Position numbers and translations under genes: made by a program. From NCBI RefSeq assembly GCF_009914755.1, contig NC_060929.1: DNA of 64,000 bases. One strand, given 5' to 3'. Positions 30,046 through 47,252 of the stretch are shown here, one piece after another. The notes below the pieces were generated by a model. It ran no database searches. It was not told the origin of the DNA and saw nothing but the letters and a program-made list of their open reading frames with translations. Within the stretch, counting starts at the first letter, position 1, and each line of letters opens with the position of its first letter. The DNA is from the human T2T-CHM13v2.0 reference genome, Homo sapiens.

Positions 30046-31525
30046 ACAACAATGAAAACTGATCCTAGGCAATAGTTTGGGTTTTACTTTCACTATCATT
30101 TGTTTCCTTTACCTGGCACAAGTGCTTTAGTTTCCTGTTTCCTGGGCAGTAGTGATGCAGGGTTCATTACCCCCTTTAAGAGATACAAAAGTAGATTCAG
30201 AGACGTTAAACAGCCTTTCTGTTGTAACACAGCGATTATTGGCAGGAATGAGAACTTGGCCCTGCTGCTTCTTTGATCTTTATTTCACTGGAGATGCTCA
30301 TTGGACCTGTTTAGGAGGAATGAGAGCTAAAGGGCCTAGATTGGGAGGCATAAACTCCAGTGTTCCCCGGGCTAGGCATATGACATAAATGAATGAAGCA
30401 GACCAGGTTTTGACAGATGGGGTGCTGGGATTTCTGACCAGTTGTGAACCCAAGGTGGCCAGAACTTCTGAATGATCAAGAAAAGCCATAAAACAGGATT
30501 TTAATGAAGATATCTCTCCATTTTTTACATACCAGTAATCAATTCAGAAGCAATACCTATCTGGAGGCTGGATTCACCACATTGCCCTGATTTTACAATT
30601 TCTGGCTTGTTGATCACCCCTAACACCACCCAACAACTGGGGGTGACTGAGGAGTTAATAGTCCATGGGCATTGATTCTTTGACATTATTTTAACCTCTT
30701 CCATATCTCGTCAGCTGCTTTTTTTTCAGATCATTAGTGTATATGTTTTTTGTACACATAATTTTGTAAAAAATAAAATATCCTAAAATATCCTGCCACC
30801 TAGTTGGTTGTTGATATTTTCCTATTTTCTCATCTTTTTGAGAATGTACATATTGATTTTGATAGATAGTTATTTATTCGGTTTTATGACCTGCATATTA
30901 TAAGTACCTTTCCATGTTATTAATTTTTCTTCAAAGGTGTTATCTTTATAATAGTGCATTCTGTGAATATAGCATACATATTTGAACACTTATTTCTGTG
31001 TGACTTTGAGCAAGTTACTTAACCTCTCTACGTCTCAGTTTTCTCATTGGTATAATGGGGATAGTAATAGAATCTATAAGGTTCGTGTAAGGATTTAAGA
31101 AGTGAACATATGTAAAGTTCTTAGAACAGCACTTATCATAGAATCAATGACATGTGCTTGCTACTTCATAATATATTATTATTATGGTTTTGTACAAATA
31201 TATGACTGAATTTAAATTACTTTTTATAATGAATTACTATAGGGAGAATTATTGGTCAAAGGGTATTAACATTTTAAGGCTCTTAATTTGCATTGTCAGA
31301 TAGTCTTCTAGTAAGGCTGTTCTAATTCACATTTCCAGCTGGCTATAGGGTACCTATTTCTCCACATCCTCTGAGACATTAGTTATTTTTCTTTCCTTTA
31401 GTCTTCACCAAAGGAGATTACCTTGAGCATCTCTAATGTCCTTGAGCCTCTCTGTCTAGATTAGTACTCAAACCTGATCCTTATTCAGGCCGTTCTCAGA
31501 GATTGACATTGGGTTTGGAAATTGA

Positions 31526-31845
<320 letters not shown>

Positions 31846-32036
31846 CTGGCTTATTATTTGTTTGACTACTCCAAATGGAGAATCACTGTCATTTAGTAAA
31901 TGAGTTTGCCCCACTTACATTTATTGTGATTTGTCTATGCATTTTGCTTTTTGTTTTCTGCTAGTGGATACCACAGGCCACCAGCCCAACAGATATTTGT
32001 GAGATGCTGACCTAGAATCTCTGGGGTCTGTTCCAG

Positions 32037-32240
32037 AAACCACTCAGATTGAGGATCCTCGAGTACAATGGCGGCGGGAGCAGGAACATATGCTGAAGGA
32101 TTACCTGGTGGTGGCCCAGGAGGCTCTGAGTGCACAAAAGGAGATCTACCAGGTGAAGCAGCAGCGCCTGGAGCTTGCACAGCAGGAGTACCAGCAACTG
32201 CATGCCGTCTGGGAGCATAAGCTGGGCTCCCAGGTCAGCT
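32037..32240 (+). CDS. WWC1: WWC1 coding exon 3 (204 nt; ~codons 77-145, end of WW2 and coiled coil)
   Basis: ttccag|AA; (K)[67 protein letters not shown](L); donor T|gtgagt; phase 1-1. Confidence 0.98.
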
Positions 32241-32494
32241 GTGAGTACCTCCCACTACCACCACCCCCACCGACACCAACAGAGAATGGCCACACTGAGT
32301 TCTGCCAATATTGCTTCTCAAGTCTGCCCATTTCTCTTCACCTCTACTCTTTGTCCAAACCACCATCTTGTTTACTGCTCTTCCTGCTCCTACCTGTGCC
32401 TTGCAGTGATTCATTTGCCATTTGCGTTTCATTTTATTTCATTTGTAATCATCTCAGAATGCCAGTCGGATTACATATCTCCTCATTTAAAAGC

Positions 32495-32700
32495 TTTCAG
32501 GGACTAGGGGAATTGGGAATGGGGAATTCTTAGTTAACGAGTACAGAGTTTCAGTTTGGGAAGAAGAAAATTTCTAGAGGTGGATGGTAGTATGTTCACA
32601 ACAGTGTAAATGTACTTAATGCTACTGAACAATTCACTTAATAAATAGTTAAAATGGTAAATTTTATGTTGAATATATTTACCGCAATTTCAAAACAATC
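32495..32700 (+). mobile_element. L1MB 3' end fragment just downstream of exon 3
   Basis: gtacagagtttcagtttgggaagaagaaaa...gtaaatgtacttaatgctactgaac...aaaatggtaaattttatgtt is a typical L1MB terminus. Confidence 0.8.
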
Positions 32701-32939
32701 AAATGCCCTTCAGTGGCTTCCCCTCACTCTTTCCATGGCCTATACAGCCCTCCGTGGTCAGGCCCCTGCCAGCCACTCTTGCCTCATCTCATGCCCTCCT
32801 CACTAGGCTCCAGATGCACTGAGCCCCCAGCCCCCCTTTCTGTTTCCCTACCCCACCCTGTAATTTTCCACCTCAGTGCCTTAGTATGTGCCGGTCCCCT
32901 TCCTAGAATGCTTTGTCACGCATCCATTTGCAAGGCTAA

Positions 32940-33844
<905 letters not shown>

Positions 33845-34320
33845 TAGTCTGAATATGCTATTTCTGTTAATTCTCATAACAGTTCTGTGAGCAAGAACAA
33901 TTAATATCACCCTTTTACAGATTAGGAAACTGAGGCTTAGGATCAACAATGTGCCCAGGGTCTTACAGCTGGTGAGAGATAGTGGTAACTTGCAAATCCA
34001 TTCTGTTGTCCCCACAGTATTTTCAGTGTGGGCCAGGCCACAGGGACTAGCATCAGGGCATGGTGTCAGGGTGGCCATGGCTGGGTTGGGCCATTGAACT
34101 CTCCCCTAGTGTGAAGCCCTTACTTTGAGAAGTTCTTTCTGCTACCAAGACAGGACAAACCTTGCCAGGGTACTTACTGTCCCAGCCCTCCCTTTTTCCT
34201 TAGCAGCTCAGGAAAACCCTCAGGATCTCAGAGGTTATAGAAAAGAACTGTGTTACATTCATTAGCTATTCTGTGTCAAGTAATGTTCTGGAGACTTTTA
34301 GAAGGTTTTAGCACTTAATC

Positions 34321-34659
34321 TGTCTTAGTCGACTCGAGCTGCCATAATAAAATACCATAGATTGGGTGGCTTAAACGTTACACATTTATCTTCTTACAGT
34401 TCTAGAGCCTGGACGTCTGAGATTCGGGTACTAGCATGGTCGAGTTCTGGTGAGGGCTGTCTTCCCGGCTTGCAGACAACTGCCTTCTCTAGTGCCTCTT
34501 TCTATTAGGGCACTAATCCCATCGTGAGGAGCCTACCCTCAAGACCTCATTTAAGCCTGACTATTTCCCCAAAGCCTCATCTTCAAATACTATCACTTTG
34601 GGGATTAGGACATCAATGTATTATATTTATTTGGGAGAGACACAATTCAGTCCGTACCA
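34321..34659 (-). mobile_element. MaLR solo LTR (MLT1A/MLT1A0-like)
   Basis: tgtcttagtc...gctgccataataaaataccatagattgggtggcttaaa...acacaattcagtccgtacca; TG...CA ends. Confidence 0.85.
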
Positions 34660-35321
34660 TTTTTGTTAAGACGGTCCTGGAAGGGAGATGTTATTGTCCC
34701 TGTTGAACCTCAGGTTTAAAGGGGCAAAGTGATTTCTCTCTCTCTCTCTCTAAAGTCCCACAGTTTGAAAAAGTGTCAGGTGTATATAAAAACAAAAACA
34801 AACCTTTGTATTTTGGGGGACAGGATATTTACATGGACCCATAATCACATGTCAGGTAATGAGAATTACCCTACAAATCACTCACTAATTTCAGAAAGAT
34901 GTACTTTTACATTGGAGAGATGGGCAGCCACCACTTTACGTAGTGGTAAAATTAGCATGACCAATAATGAGACCAGGTGATATCAATGCCTTCTGACGTG
35001 ATGCAATAAAGATATCATGAAGGATCCCTCACAAGAATATTTCATCTGAATCTAATCAAGAGCACAGCCAGACAAATCCATAATATGGATTATTCTATAA
35101 GACAATTAGACTAGGTTTTTTTTTTAAAGCCTAAAGAGGCACACCACCAAATGAAATGTTTGTACCTTGAATTAGAGCCTGAAATGGGGGAAAAGCAGCC
35201 ATAAAAGACATTCTCAGACAATTGGAGACTTTCCTGAGTTGTGATAATGGAGTTATGAATATGTAGGAGAATGTCTACATAGATTTTATGAAGATGCATG
35301 TGGCAACATATCTGCAGCTTA

Positions 35322-35844
<523 letters not shown>

Positions 35845-35991
35845 TTAAAATTCATGGCTCTAAGAGAAGGATATATTGAGATTCATTACATTATTCTTTC
35901 AAATTTTCTATAGATAAGAAGTTTCCAAAATTAAAAACTAAAGTTGGGCACTATGAGAATGAAACATTCACATGAGAAGCACTATAGTAGG

Positions 35992-36305
35992 AGGCCAGGT
36001 GTGGTGACTCACTTCTGTAATCCCAGCACTTTGGGAGGCTGAGGCAGGTGGATCACGAGGTCAGGAGATCGAGACCATCCCAGCCAACATGGTGAAACCC
36101 TGTCTCTATGAAAAATACAAAAATTAGCTGGGCGTGGTGGCGCATGCCTGTAGTCCCAGCTACTCGGGAGGCTGAGGCAGGAGAATCGCTTGCTTGAACC
36201 CAGGAGACGGAGGTTGCAGTGAGCCGAGATAGCACCACTGCACTCCAGCTTGGGAGACAGAGCAAGACTCCATCTCAAAAAAAAAAAAAAAGAAAGAAAA
36301 AAAAG
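35992..36305 (+). mobile_element. AluSc-like
   Basis: Dimer; TSD agaagcact(a/g)tagt. Confidence 0.95.
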
Positions 36306-36461
36306 AAGCACTGTAGTGGGAGGTGGCAGCTGGACTCTGACATCAGACAACCTGGGTGTTCTCTAGGGGACCGTACTCCCTCTTTAAGTCTCAGAATCTT
36401 TATGTTTAACTATTGAATTTTTGTTTTTTTTTTTTTTTTTTTTTGTTAATTTTTAAATTCT

Positions 36462-36536
36462 TGGCACCCAACATGTGACATGAATCTATGACCTGAGATT
36501 AAGAGTCTCATTCTCTACCGACTGAACCAGTTGGGC
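36462..36536 (-). pseudogene. tRNA-Lys(CTT)-derived processed pseudogene with 3' CCA and poly(A) tail
   Basis: Minus strand reads GCCCAACTGGTTCAGTCGGTAGAGAATGAGACTCTTAATCTCAGGTCATAGATTCATGTCACATGTTGGGTGCCA, colinear with human tRNA-Lys-CTT; anticodon arm intact, T-arm/B-box decayed; A-rich tail at ~36418-36455 (T-run on +). Confidence 0.9.
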
Positions 36537-36574
36537 AGAAATGTTAATAGTACCTTCATCTCATGGGACCATGT

Positions 36575-36780
36575 CAGAGTTTCTTAACCTCAGCACCATT
36601 AACATTTCAGTCTGGGTAACTCTTCTTTGTGAGAGCTGTGTATTTTAGGGTGTTTAGCAGCATCCTTGTTCTGTACCCACTAGCTGCCAGTATCACCCCC
36701 ACCCAAGTTGTGATAACGAAAAATGTCTCTAGATTTTGTCATAAGTGTCATAGGGGATAAAACTGCCCAAACCACTGGTC
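36575..36780 (-). mobile_element. MER20 (hAT-Charlie) DNA element
   Basis: gtttcttaacctcagcaccattaacattt...gtgtttagcagcatcct...aaaaatgtctctaga...aaccactg. Confidence 0.8.
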
Positions 36781-36864
36781 TAGGTAAGACACTTGGTACT
36801 GTTTCCTTAGAACATATTAATGGCTCAATAAATAGTCCTATTGATAGGAAATACATAATATTTT

Positions 36865-37110
36865 GAGACTATAGACCCTGGAGCCAGACTTTTTTGGTTC
36901 AAATCCAGGATATGCAGATTACTAGTTGTTGTAACCTTGCACAAGTTATGCCACTTCTGTGTCTCAGTTTTCTTCATCTATAAAATCAATCTAATCATAG
37001 TATCATCTTCATGGGAGTGTTATGGGGTCTAAATTAGTTAACAAATGTAAAGTCCTTGGAATTGTACTTTTCATATTCTTAAGCTCTCAGTAAATAATTA
37101 TTATTATTAG
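36865..37110 (+). mobile_element. MIR
   Basis: ctggagccagact...ggttcaaatcc...tctcagttttcttcatctataaaat...ctcagtaaata. Confidence 0.75.
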
Positions 37111-38078
37111 TTCATTCGCATTGTAAATGAAAAAGAGGTTTTTTTTACAGATCTCTGGAACCAATAAGAATAAATACATGATCAAAGGAAGGAAGTAAAC
37201 AATACAGTTCCTCAGCCTTGTGATATGACTTCCAGACACTCCCAAGAGCTCCACTGGCCTCAGAGGCACCACCACCATTTTCATTGTTAAATATCTTCTA
37301 TCTGAAGGGACTAGGGTCATTTCAGGCAACTGGATCTGAGATTCAAACCACACAGAAACTGGGATTCCCCCAGCCCAAGCATCCCAGTTAAACAAGGTGT
37401 GACCCAAGCCTCATCATGACTCTGTCTTCAAGTTTTACAAGCCAGGTTTGCCTTCCAAGTCAAGCTCTTGGCATGACAGATGGATGAAGTCACACGCCTG
37501 TTCTCTAACTCAGATGGCTTGCCAGGGCTTGTGAGGGTTTTGCCACCTGGCCTTGGCTGCTCTGGGTCCCAGACACAGACGGGGCCCTGCCTTGGGGATG
37601 GAGACTTTGCTGTCGACTCGCTGGTGTAATCTCTAGCTCCATGGGGAAGAAGGGAACTAACATTTAATATGCACCTGTTGTGTGCCTGGAGGGCAATATG
37701 TTAGGCACTCTAAGTAATCTCCCTCCTGAATCACACACACAGTCCTCTAAGACAGTGTTGTTCCCATTCTACAGACAAGGGAACTGAGGCCCCCAAAGAG
37801 GAAGTGGCTTCCCCAAAGGCACACTGGTAAAGAGTGGCAAGGTAGCCTTTGTAACCAGATATATCTGATCTCAAAATCAATTTTCTTAATTTAACCCACG
37901 TCAGTCAGTCAAATGCTAAGGCTCTTCAGCTACACTTGGTTCCTCCACCCTCTAAAAGGTGAGAACTCAAGAGAGCTGGGTTCTTTGGGACCTTATCATA
38001 TTTTTCCCCTCCCTAGGCCTTGATTTCCCATTTGGAAAATAAATCAGTGAGGGCTTTCTAGTTAAAAATGCCAGTTGA

Positions 38079-38510
<432 letters not shown>

Positions 38511-38586
38511 AAATGCCAGTTGAATCACTCACTTGATTTTACTCACTGCAAAACTAGGAGTATCAGATAAAATATATTTTTAAGGC

Positions 38587-38612
38587 ATATATATATATAT
38601 ATATATATATAT
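38587..38612. repeat. (AT)n microsatellite
   Basis: Direct read. Confidence 0.95.
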
Positions 38613-39122
38613 GATTAGGGAAAATTGGAGAAGAAAGAACAGCAATAAAATTTGGAAGCTGGAAAGCAGACAGACAGGTGGCAACCTACGTAGCAGACCT
38701 GAGAAAAGAGAAAATGGGCTGATAGTGAGGAAGGCTCACAACACTGTTCTATAGGGCACTTGCAAAAACTGTAGATGTTGGTGGCAGCAGCTATTTCTGC
38801 AAGTAAGACTGAAGGGAAGAGGGTCTCAAAGAGGAATGGGTAAAGGTTGTTTCTAAGACAATTAGACCATCAGATCTTTTCCTTAAATCGATACAGTCAG
38901 GCAACCACCATCTTCAGTCTGGCAAATGACTGGAAGTTTATTTTTTGGAGAGGGTAAAATAGAGTCTCTGGACTCTAGGACACAAGCAAATTCAGAGCCA
39001 GAGTGTACTATCCTGAAAGCACGAGTAAGTGAAGGGTTTTGAGACCTTAGCCCTCATATACCACTTGGTGCCCAGAACAGTGCCAGGTCATTACCCTCTA
39101 GGCTGGACAGTAGAGAACTCTA

Positions 39123-39520
<398 letters not shown>

Positions 39521-41261
39521 AAATTTTAAAGATAGAAAACAAATAACGTACTGTGCAACTCACAGTCCACAAACCACACTCTAGTCAGCATTTTGGGCTC
39601 CCATCCTTAAATATGAGCAGAAAACCAAGATTCCAGATATCCGAGGAAAGCCTCTAACAGAGAAAATAGAGACTCAAACCAACACGTGGTGAAGGGAGGG
39701 CTTGGAGGAAACAAGGAGTATGCATGAAGAAGAGACCGTTAAGAGAAGCTATATGGTCAGGAAACAAGAACACGGTACTACATTGTTTAAAAAGGAACCT
39801 TCAGAGAATAAAAAAGAGCTCATGGAAATTAAAATATGAGAGTAGAAATGAAAACTCCAAAGGAAGACTGGAAAATAAAATGGAGGAAACCTTCTAAAAA
39901 TCAGAGCAAAAATACAAGATTGAAAATAAGAGGAAAAAAAAATAGACTACAAGGACAGGAAATCTACTATCTGAGGAAAATATGTTCCAGATAGAACAGA
40001 GGAAACAGAGGAGAAAAGCATCGCTGAAATAATTCAGAAACATTTCCCAGAACTGAAGGAGGAGAATTTTTAGACTGAAAGGGTTCACTGAGTGTCCAAC
40101 ACAGTGGATGAAAGTCAGCTCACACCAAGATATCTCACTGTGGAACTTCAAACACTGGGACAATTCAAGATCCTAAAAGCTTTCAGAGAGAAAAAAATCA
40201 GGTCACACAGAAATGATCAGGACTCAGAATAGCTCCAGACTTCTCACCAATAGCACTGGAAACCTAAAAGACCATGGTGCAATGCCCTCAGGGATTTAAG
40301 GAAAATTATTTCTGACCTAGAATTCTATATCCAGCAAAACTACCTTTAATCAAGTGTAGGGCCGAATAAGGCTATTTTCAGACGTGTGAGATTTTAGAAA
40401 GCTCATTTCCTTCATGGTTTCTTTCTCAAGAAGCTACTGGAGATGATGTTCTACCAAAATGAGGTGGGTAGACCATGAAAAGGAAGACGCGGTATACAGA
40501 GAGGTGAGGAGACACACAGAGGAACACAAAGGCGGATCTCAGGAAGCCAGCCGAACACAGAGAGCAGCTCGCTCACACTGAAGCAGGGCAGAAGCCCTGG
40601 CAGGACAGATCCCAAAATAGAAAACTCACCAGATTCACATTGGTCTGGACTCTATGAGAGGAGATTTAGATAACCAGCAGAATGTGAGGTTGAATTAGTG
40701 GTAAGTTTGTAGAAACTAAGCAAACGTAAAAATGACAATAATTAACTCAAGGGGAAAAAAAGTGCTGAAAAGTAAAAGTAAGCAAAGTCAGCTAGCTGAT
40801 TGCACCCTGAATAGTGTTTGCAGAGTAAAAATAATGCAAACACTGAACATCGCTTTCACCAAAAGTATGCTATTGCTTTTAGGATGACGGGGAGATGGGA
40901 GAGGTTCAAGTGCATGCTGTAGGGGCTGGGGAAGGGAAGGAAGGGAGGCTAAGTCCCCACCCTCCTGAGAGGTAAGTAAATAAGTAATGCCGAAAACAGA
41001 AAAGATCAAGAAGCAGTAATGCATGCATATAACTAGACACATAGAGGTAGCCACCCAAGAAATTGAAAATGATTTTCTTTTAGGTTGTGAGTTATGGGGA
41101 TAGGGGTTGTGGAATGCTCTTTTTTATAGCAAACCTCAAACTATGTTGGACTGTTAAACTGTGTTCATATATAACTTTAATAAAAACTAAAAATTAAGAA
41201 CTATTAAACTTTGGGGCAAGATAGTATTTAAAGTCCTGTTGGATATAAAGTTCTTGTAGCG

Positions 41262-41626
<365 letters not shown>

Positions 41627-42873
41627 TTACAGTGCTGATTGCTTGAGCGTGTTTCTTTTGTGAAAATTCCTCAGGCTGTACATACATGATGTGTGCACTT
41701 CTATGTATGTATTTTTTACCTCAATCAAACATTTACTTACAAAAGGATAAGTAGCAGGCTACATCTTGTGTCAGCGGCTTTAGGTAAAAATTGTGCACTT
41801 CACAGTGATACTCCAGGGTATAAGAATTAAAGCTCCTGGTGGCCTAATTGGTGAGAATCTCTTCTTTTTGGCATCTTTTTGTCTCCAGGATTTCTGGGCA
41901 TGCCCAAGGAACACGATGCATGCCTCAAGTCAGCCCTGGCGTGACTGGTCTACACAGCCAACCTCTCCCTGTCTGAGTCAGGTCTTGCCATTTTTACAGA
42001 CTCTTCCACGCTGCTGCCACAGTCTCCTCAACATTGCCCCACAGTACAGACCCATGTCCAGAGGCAGAGCCTGATGAACAGGGTGGTTGGCAGGACAGGG
42101 TGCTCCTAGAACAGACGTCCCCCGCTCCGCCCCACACCCCTTGAGGACGTTTCTGTGTGTCTTCCCAGGTTATTGCCACACTGACGACTCCTCTCTTCTT
42201 TCACCTTGTATTACTGTTGATCAGTGAGTGAGAAATGGTGTTAACTGTCTTAATATTTTGTTGAAAGGACCTATTTGGGAAATACAGCAGGTCCTCAAAT
42301 AACATCATTTTGTTCAAGGTCATTTTATTATAACATTATAATATTATAACCTCCCCACACTGTATGCTTAAGGTGATACCTCCAGCTAAATATCCAACCA
42401 GGTCTATCCCTGAAATCCCCAAGTCTAGCAAAGACCAAAGGAATTAGACACCAGGAGATGAAAACTTTAAATTGGCAATAAAACATCTCTGTACATGGAT
42501 TCCCTGTTCCATGCTTGAGACAAAGGCTACAAGGCCCTTGCCACCCCAAGTGTTGTCCCCACTCATCTCTTCTGGTAAACCTCGGTCTTCTTTTTCTCCA
42601 TCATCATTATCATTGTAAATTCAGCAGAAATGCAACACTTCTTGTGGTGCCAAATATCTTTTATGTTATTATGCAGAGCAGTTTTCTCATCCCCCAAACT
42701 TCCAAGTATTACATTTTAATGCCTTATGCATAACCAAAAGGCCTATTAAAATATTTTTAAACAAAGCCAAACAGTAGCATTCCCCTCATGACTGTCATGC
42801 CTACCTCCAGACACTGACAATTGCCAGCAATCACCAAATAAGCTTCTCTATCCTCAGAAAAACCCAGATCTCA

Positions 42874-43338
<465 letters not shown>

Positions 43339-43965
43339 TCACAGGAGAAATACTTCTCTGGCCTCCCGACCAAGAATAACTGTTCTTTTCTGAACAGTGG
43401 GGTTGTGTTTACCTTAAGGACACCACAAATCTTATATCTGGTCCTATTTCCCCCTCACATTACCAGTTATGAGGCTCAGAGCTTGTCGCCAGTTTGTTTC
43501 CTTATCCTTATTTTCTCTTTGTCTAGTTTTCCTTAGTTTAAATGTATTTTACTGTGTAGTATTCACTTTCATAAGCCTTAAAATCCTTTTTCAAGACATT
43601 AGTAAATACTATTTTTAAAATACAGTAAGATTACAACTACGTGATAGAACCGTGGATATATACTGGAAGGCAACCTAGGAAAACGATAATTGTATTAGGG
43701 TGGTAAGATATGGATAATTTATTTTCCTTTTTGAATGTACATTAATATTATAAAGTACAATCAACAATACTTTTATTTTTTTCTGATTGTAAAGCATATG
43801 TTTATTGTTTTTAAAAAAAGAAAAGATAAAAATATAAAGATGATAATATCATTTACCATCTAACTCTCTAGATATCAGTGTTCTCTTTGGTATTTTTTTC
43901 AGTCTTCTTAAAATGCATATGTGTGTGTATATTTGGAAACTATATTTTCCAAATTTAAATTATTC

Positions 43966-44260
<295 letters not shown>

Positions 44261-44541
44261 CCAAATTTAAATTATTCTTTACACTTTTTTTGTAAACTTG
44301 CTTTCACATAATGAGTTTCAACATTTTCCCTTGTCATTCAATATTCTTCATCCTCATTTTAAGTTGCGTAGTCCCCGTTTGCGCGTGTACCATCTTTATG
44401 TAACAAATCCCCCTTTGTTGAACATTTAGGTTGTTCACTTTTAGTCCTTCCCTTTCTAGGTTTATTTAGATGGCCAATAAGCCAACTTTGCTGAAATCTG
44501 TTTCTTCTACTGATATTCTTGTTTTTCTTTTTTCCTTACAG

Positions 44542-44618
44542 TGGTCTCTGGTTCATCATCCAGCTCCAAGTATGACCCTGAGATCCTGAAAGCTGAAATT
44601 GCCACTGCAAAATCCCGG
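44542..44618 (+). CDS. WWC1: WWC1 coding exon 4 (77 nt; ~codons 145-170)
   Basis: Strong pyrimidine tract ttttccttacag|TG; (L)[25 protein letters not shown]; donor CGG|gtagga. Confidence 0.97.
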
Positions 44619-44871
44619 GTAGGACCTCTTCACCTATGCTATGTGCTAGTGATTGGGGCCACTGAGGTCTTAGGCCACAAGCCCACCCACAAGACCAGAA
44701 CAGATGCTCCAGCCAGGCTATGACAGCCAGTGCTAGCAAGGTCCTAAATAATAACAGTAGAAGCGGTAGTCACAGTAATAGTAATGGTTGTAGCAGCTAC
44801 CATTTCACAAGCAGTCACCATGTACCAGGCACAGTGCGAAATATCTCATGTGTATTATCTCGTGTCTATGA

Positions 44872-45215
<344 letters not shown>

Positions 45216-46308
45216 CTGTCACCTGCATTTTAAAGATGAGCAAACAGAGGCTTAGGGGAGCTAAGAAACTTGCCTAAGGTTACAAGAGATTCAAGTCTTA
45301 CTCCAAAGTTTCTAATATAGTGTACTGTCTTCCTAGCTACTGATTATTCTGCATTATCTTATTTTAATTACTTCATGATTACCTTAGGGCATAAATATTA
45401 GTATTTCCATTTTACCAGTATGGAAACTGAGGCACAGCAGTGAAATTACTTGCTCGTGGCAAAGTCAGTATTTTGAATAGTGGTTTAGTTAAACTCAAAG
45501 AATTTAACAATTTCCACAAACTCAGATGCCTGCAAGAAGACATAAATGAGGGATGTGGGCTGGGGGTGAGGCAGTAGAGAGTTGTGGTGACTGTGTAACC
45601 AGGAGAGGTCTGCCCAGTCTTAAAGGTAATTGCATTTGAACTCTAGTCCAGCCCATGCTGGAATGTGGGCCCAGTGTTACCAGATCTTCAGATGTTTTCA
45701 TAAAGGAACTGTGTGTCTAGGTTTATTATGTGACCTTTCTGAAGATTTGATTATTAGCAACTCATTTTAAAAGTTGAATAATACAGTGTAGGCCACACAA
45801 ACCAGCAGACCGAGTCTAGCTCCTAAGGCATGTCTTGCCACTAAAGTTACTAAGTTGCCTCTTGCCTCCACGTGAAGCACTCTCATAGCCTTTGCCAGCT
45901 TTAAGTGATCCATGGCTCTGGAAATTGCCATTGTCCTCATCCATCAGAACAGGAAAGGGAGGCTCAGGATGGCAAGACAGCTTGAGAGAGTTCACACAGC
46001 GAGGAAGTGGGAAGGCCCACTCTATCCCAGGTCAGCTCCTGTCCACCTCCTGTTTCCCTGGAGCAAGGACTGGCTAGGAATGACCTACAGAAACACTGCC
46101 TGGGATGCTGACTGAATGGGCATCTGCAGAGACCAAGGCCAACATCGGTGACAGGAGGGGGCTCTGACCAGTGTGGCGCAAGGGGTGCTGACCTGAGTCA
46201 TTATGCAGGCGCAGTGGGAGGCTCTGGGTTCCCTTTCCAGGGAGAAGGCAGCCTGCACCTTGGTGTCAGCCTCTGACCCAGCCCTGTGTGTGGTCTGCTG
46301 CCCTCCAG

Positions 46309-46388
46309 GTCAACAAGCTGAAGAGAGAGATGGTTCACCTCCAGCACGAGCTGCAGTTCAAAGAGCGTGGCTTTCAGACCCTGAAGAA
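46309..46388 (+). CDS. WWC1: WWC1 coding exon 5 (80 nt; ~codons 171-197)
   Basis: ccctccag|GTC; VNKLKREMVHLQHELQFKERGFQTLK(K); donor AA|gtaagt. Confidence 0.97.
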
Positions 46389-46988
46389 GTAAGTACACCC
46401 TGCATCCCAGAGCATGGGGGCTGCTCCCCACCCTGGTTCCCCTCCTGTCCTCTCTGTCTCTCTCTCCTTCAGTCCCTTTCCTCCCTTCTCAAAATGTGGC
46501 TCTCTCATCATTCAATTCAAGTTCTGTTCCACTGGCATTTCCTGAAGATACTGCCACCCAAGGGTGGGGTTTGGAAAGAGGAAAGGGGAGTCATTTCAGA
46601 CCACAGAACACTCATTGTCCCGTGGACTCCTGAAGCCATTAAGATTTGTTCCACTCAGCCGAGTGTTACTATCCAGTCACAGAAACAAGTATTGCCCAGC
46701 ATTTCTGTGCACACGCCTCATCTCTAGTCGATCCAGTAGGGTCTCATATGCACACAAACAAAATACACTTCTTTTTTCCATATCCCCTAAAAGCAGTCAC
46801 TAAGTGCTTCAGTGAAGGATTAATGATCTCTTCTAGCAAAAACCAATTACTAGAAAAGTATGCACAATGCCATATGCATTGTGCTCTATGGGTGACTTAA
46901 GGAGTTTCCAGGATAACTTTCACCAAATGTAATTTTCACCCTTAGAAGCTGAGCTGTGGCCAGGTAAAATACAGCTCCGTTGTGTCTT

Positions 46989-47252
46989 CTTCTTCTTCTT
47001 TTTTTTAACTTTTATTTGAAGTTCGGGGTACATGTGCAGGTTTGTTACACAGGTAAACTTGTGTCATGGGGGTTTGTTGTACAGGTTATTTCATCACCCA
47101 GGTATTAAGCCTAGTACCCATTAGTTATTCTTCCTGATCCTCTCCCTCCTCTCACCCTCCACCCTCCCAGAGGCCTCAGTCTGTGTTTTTCCCCTCTATG
47201 TGTCCATGTATTCTCATCATTTAGCTCCCACTTATAAGTGAGAACACGCAGT
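46989..47252 (-). mobile_element. L1PA (old subfamily) 3' UTR stub, antisense
   Basis: ggggtacatgtgcaggtttgttacacaggtaaacttgtgtc...tagctcccacttataagtgagaaca; TSD agctccgttgtgtctt / agcttcgttgtttctt. Confidence 0.88.

Noticed and set aside
32231-32240. Internal donor CAG|GTCAGC 7 nt upstream of the exon 3 donor
   Set aside because: Would frameshift; no evidence of use visible in sequence.
42283-42345. Short Tigger-like terminal sequence (cagcaggtcctcaaataacatcattttgttcaa)
   Set aside because: Too short to assign a family or boundaries with confidence.
46203-46727. 174-aa ORF overlapping exon 5 in another frame
   Set aside because: No recognisable domain; the KIBRA frame explains the exon; likely chance in GC-rich sequence.
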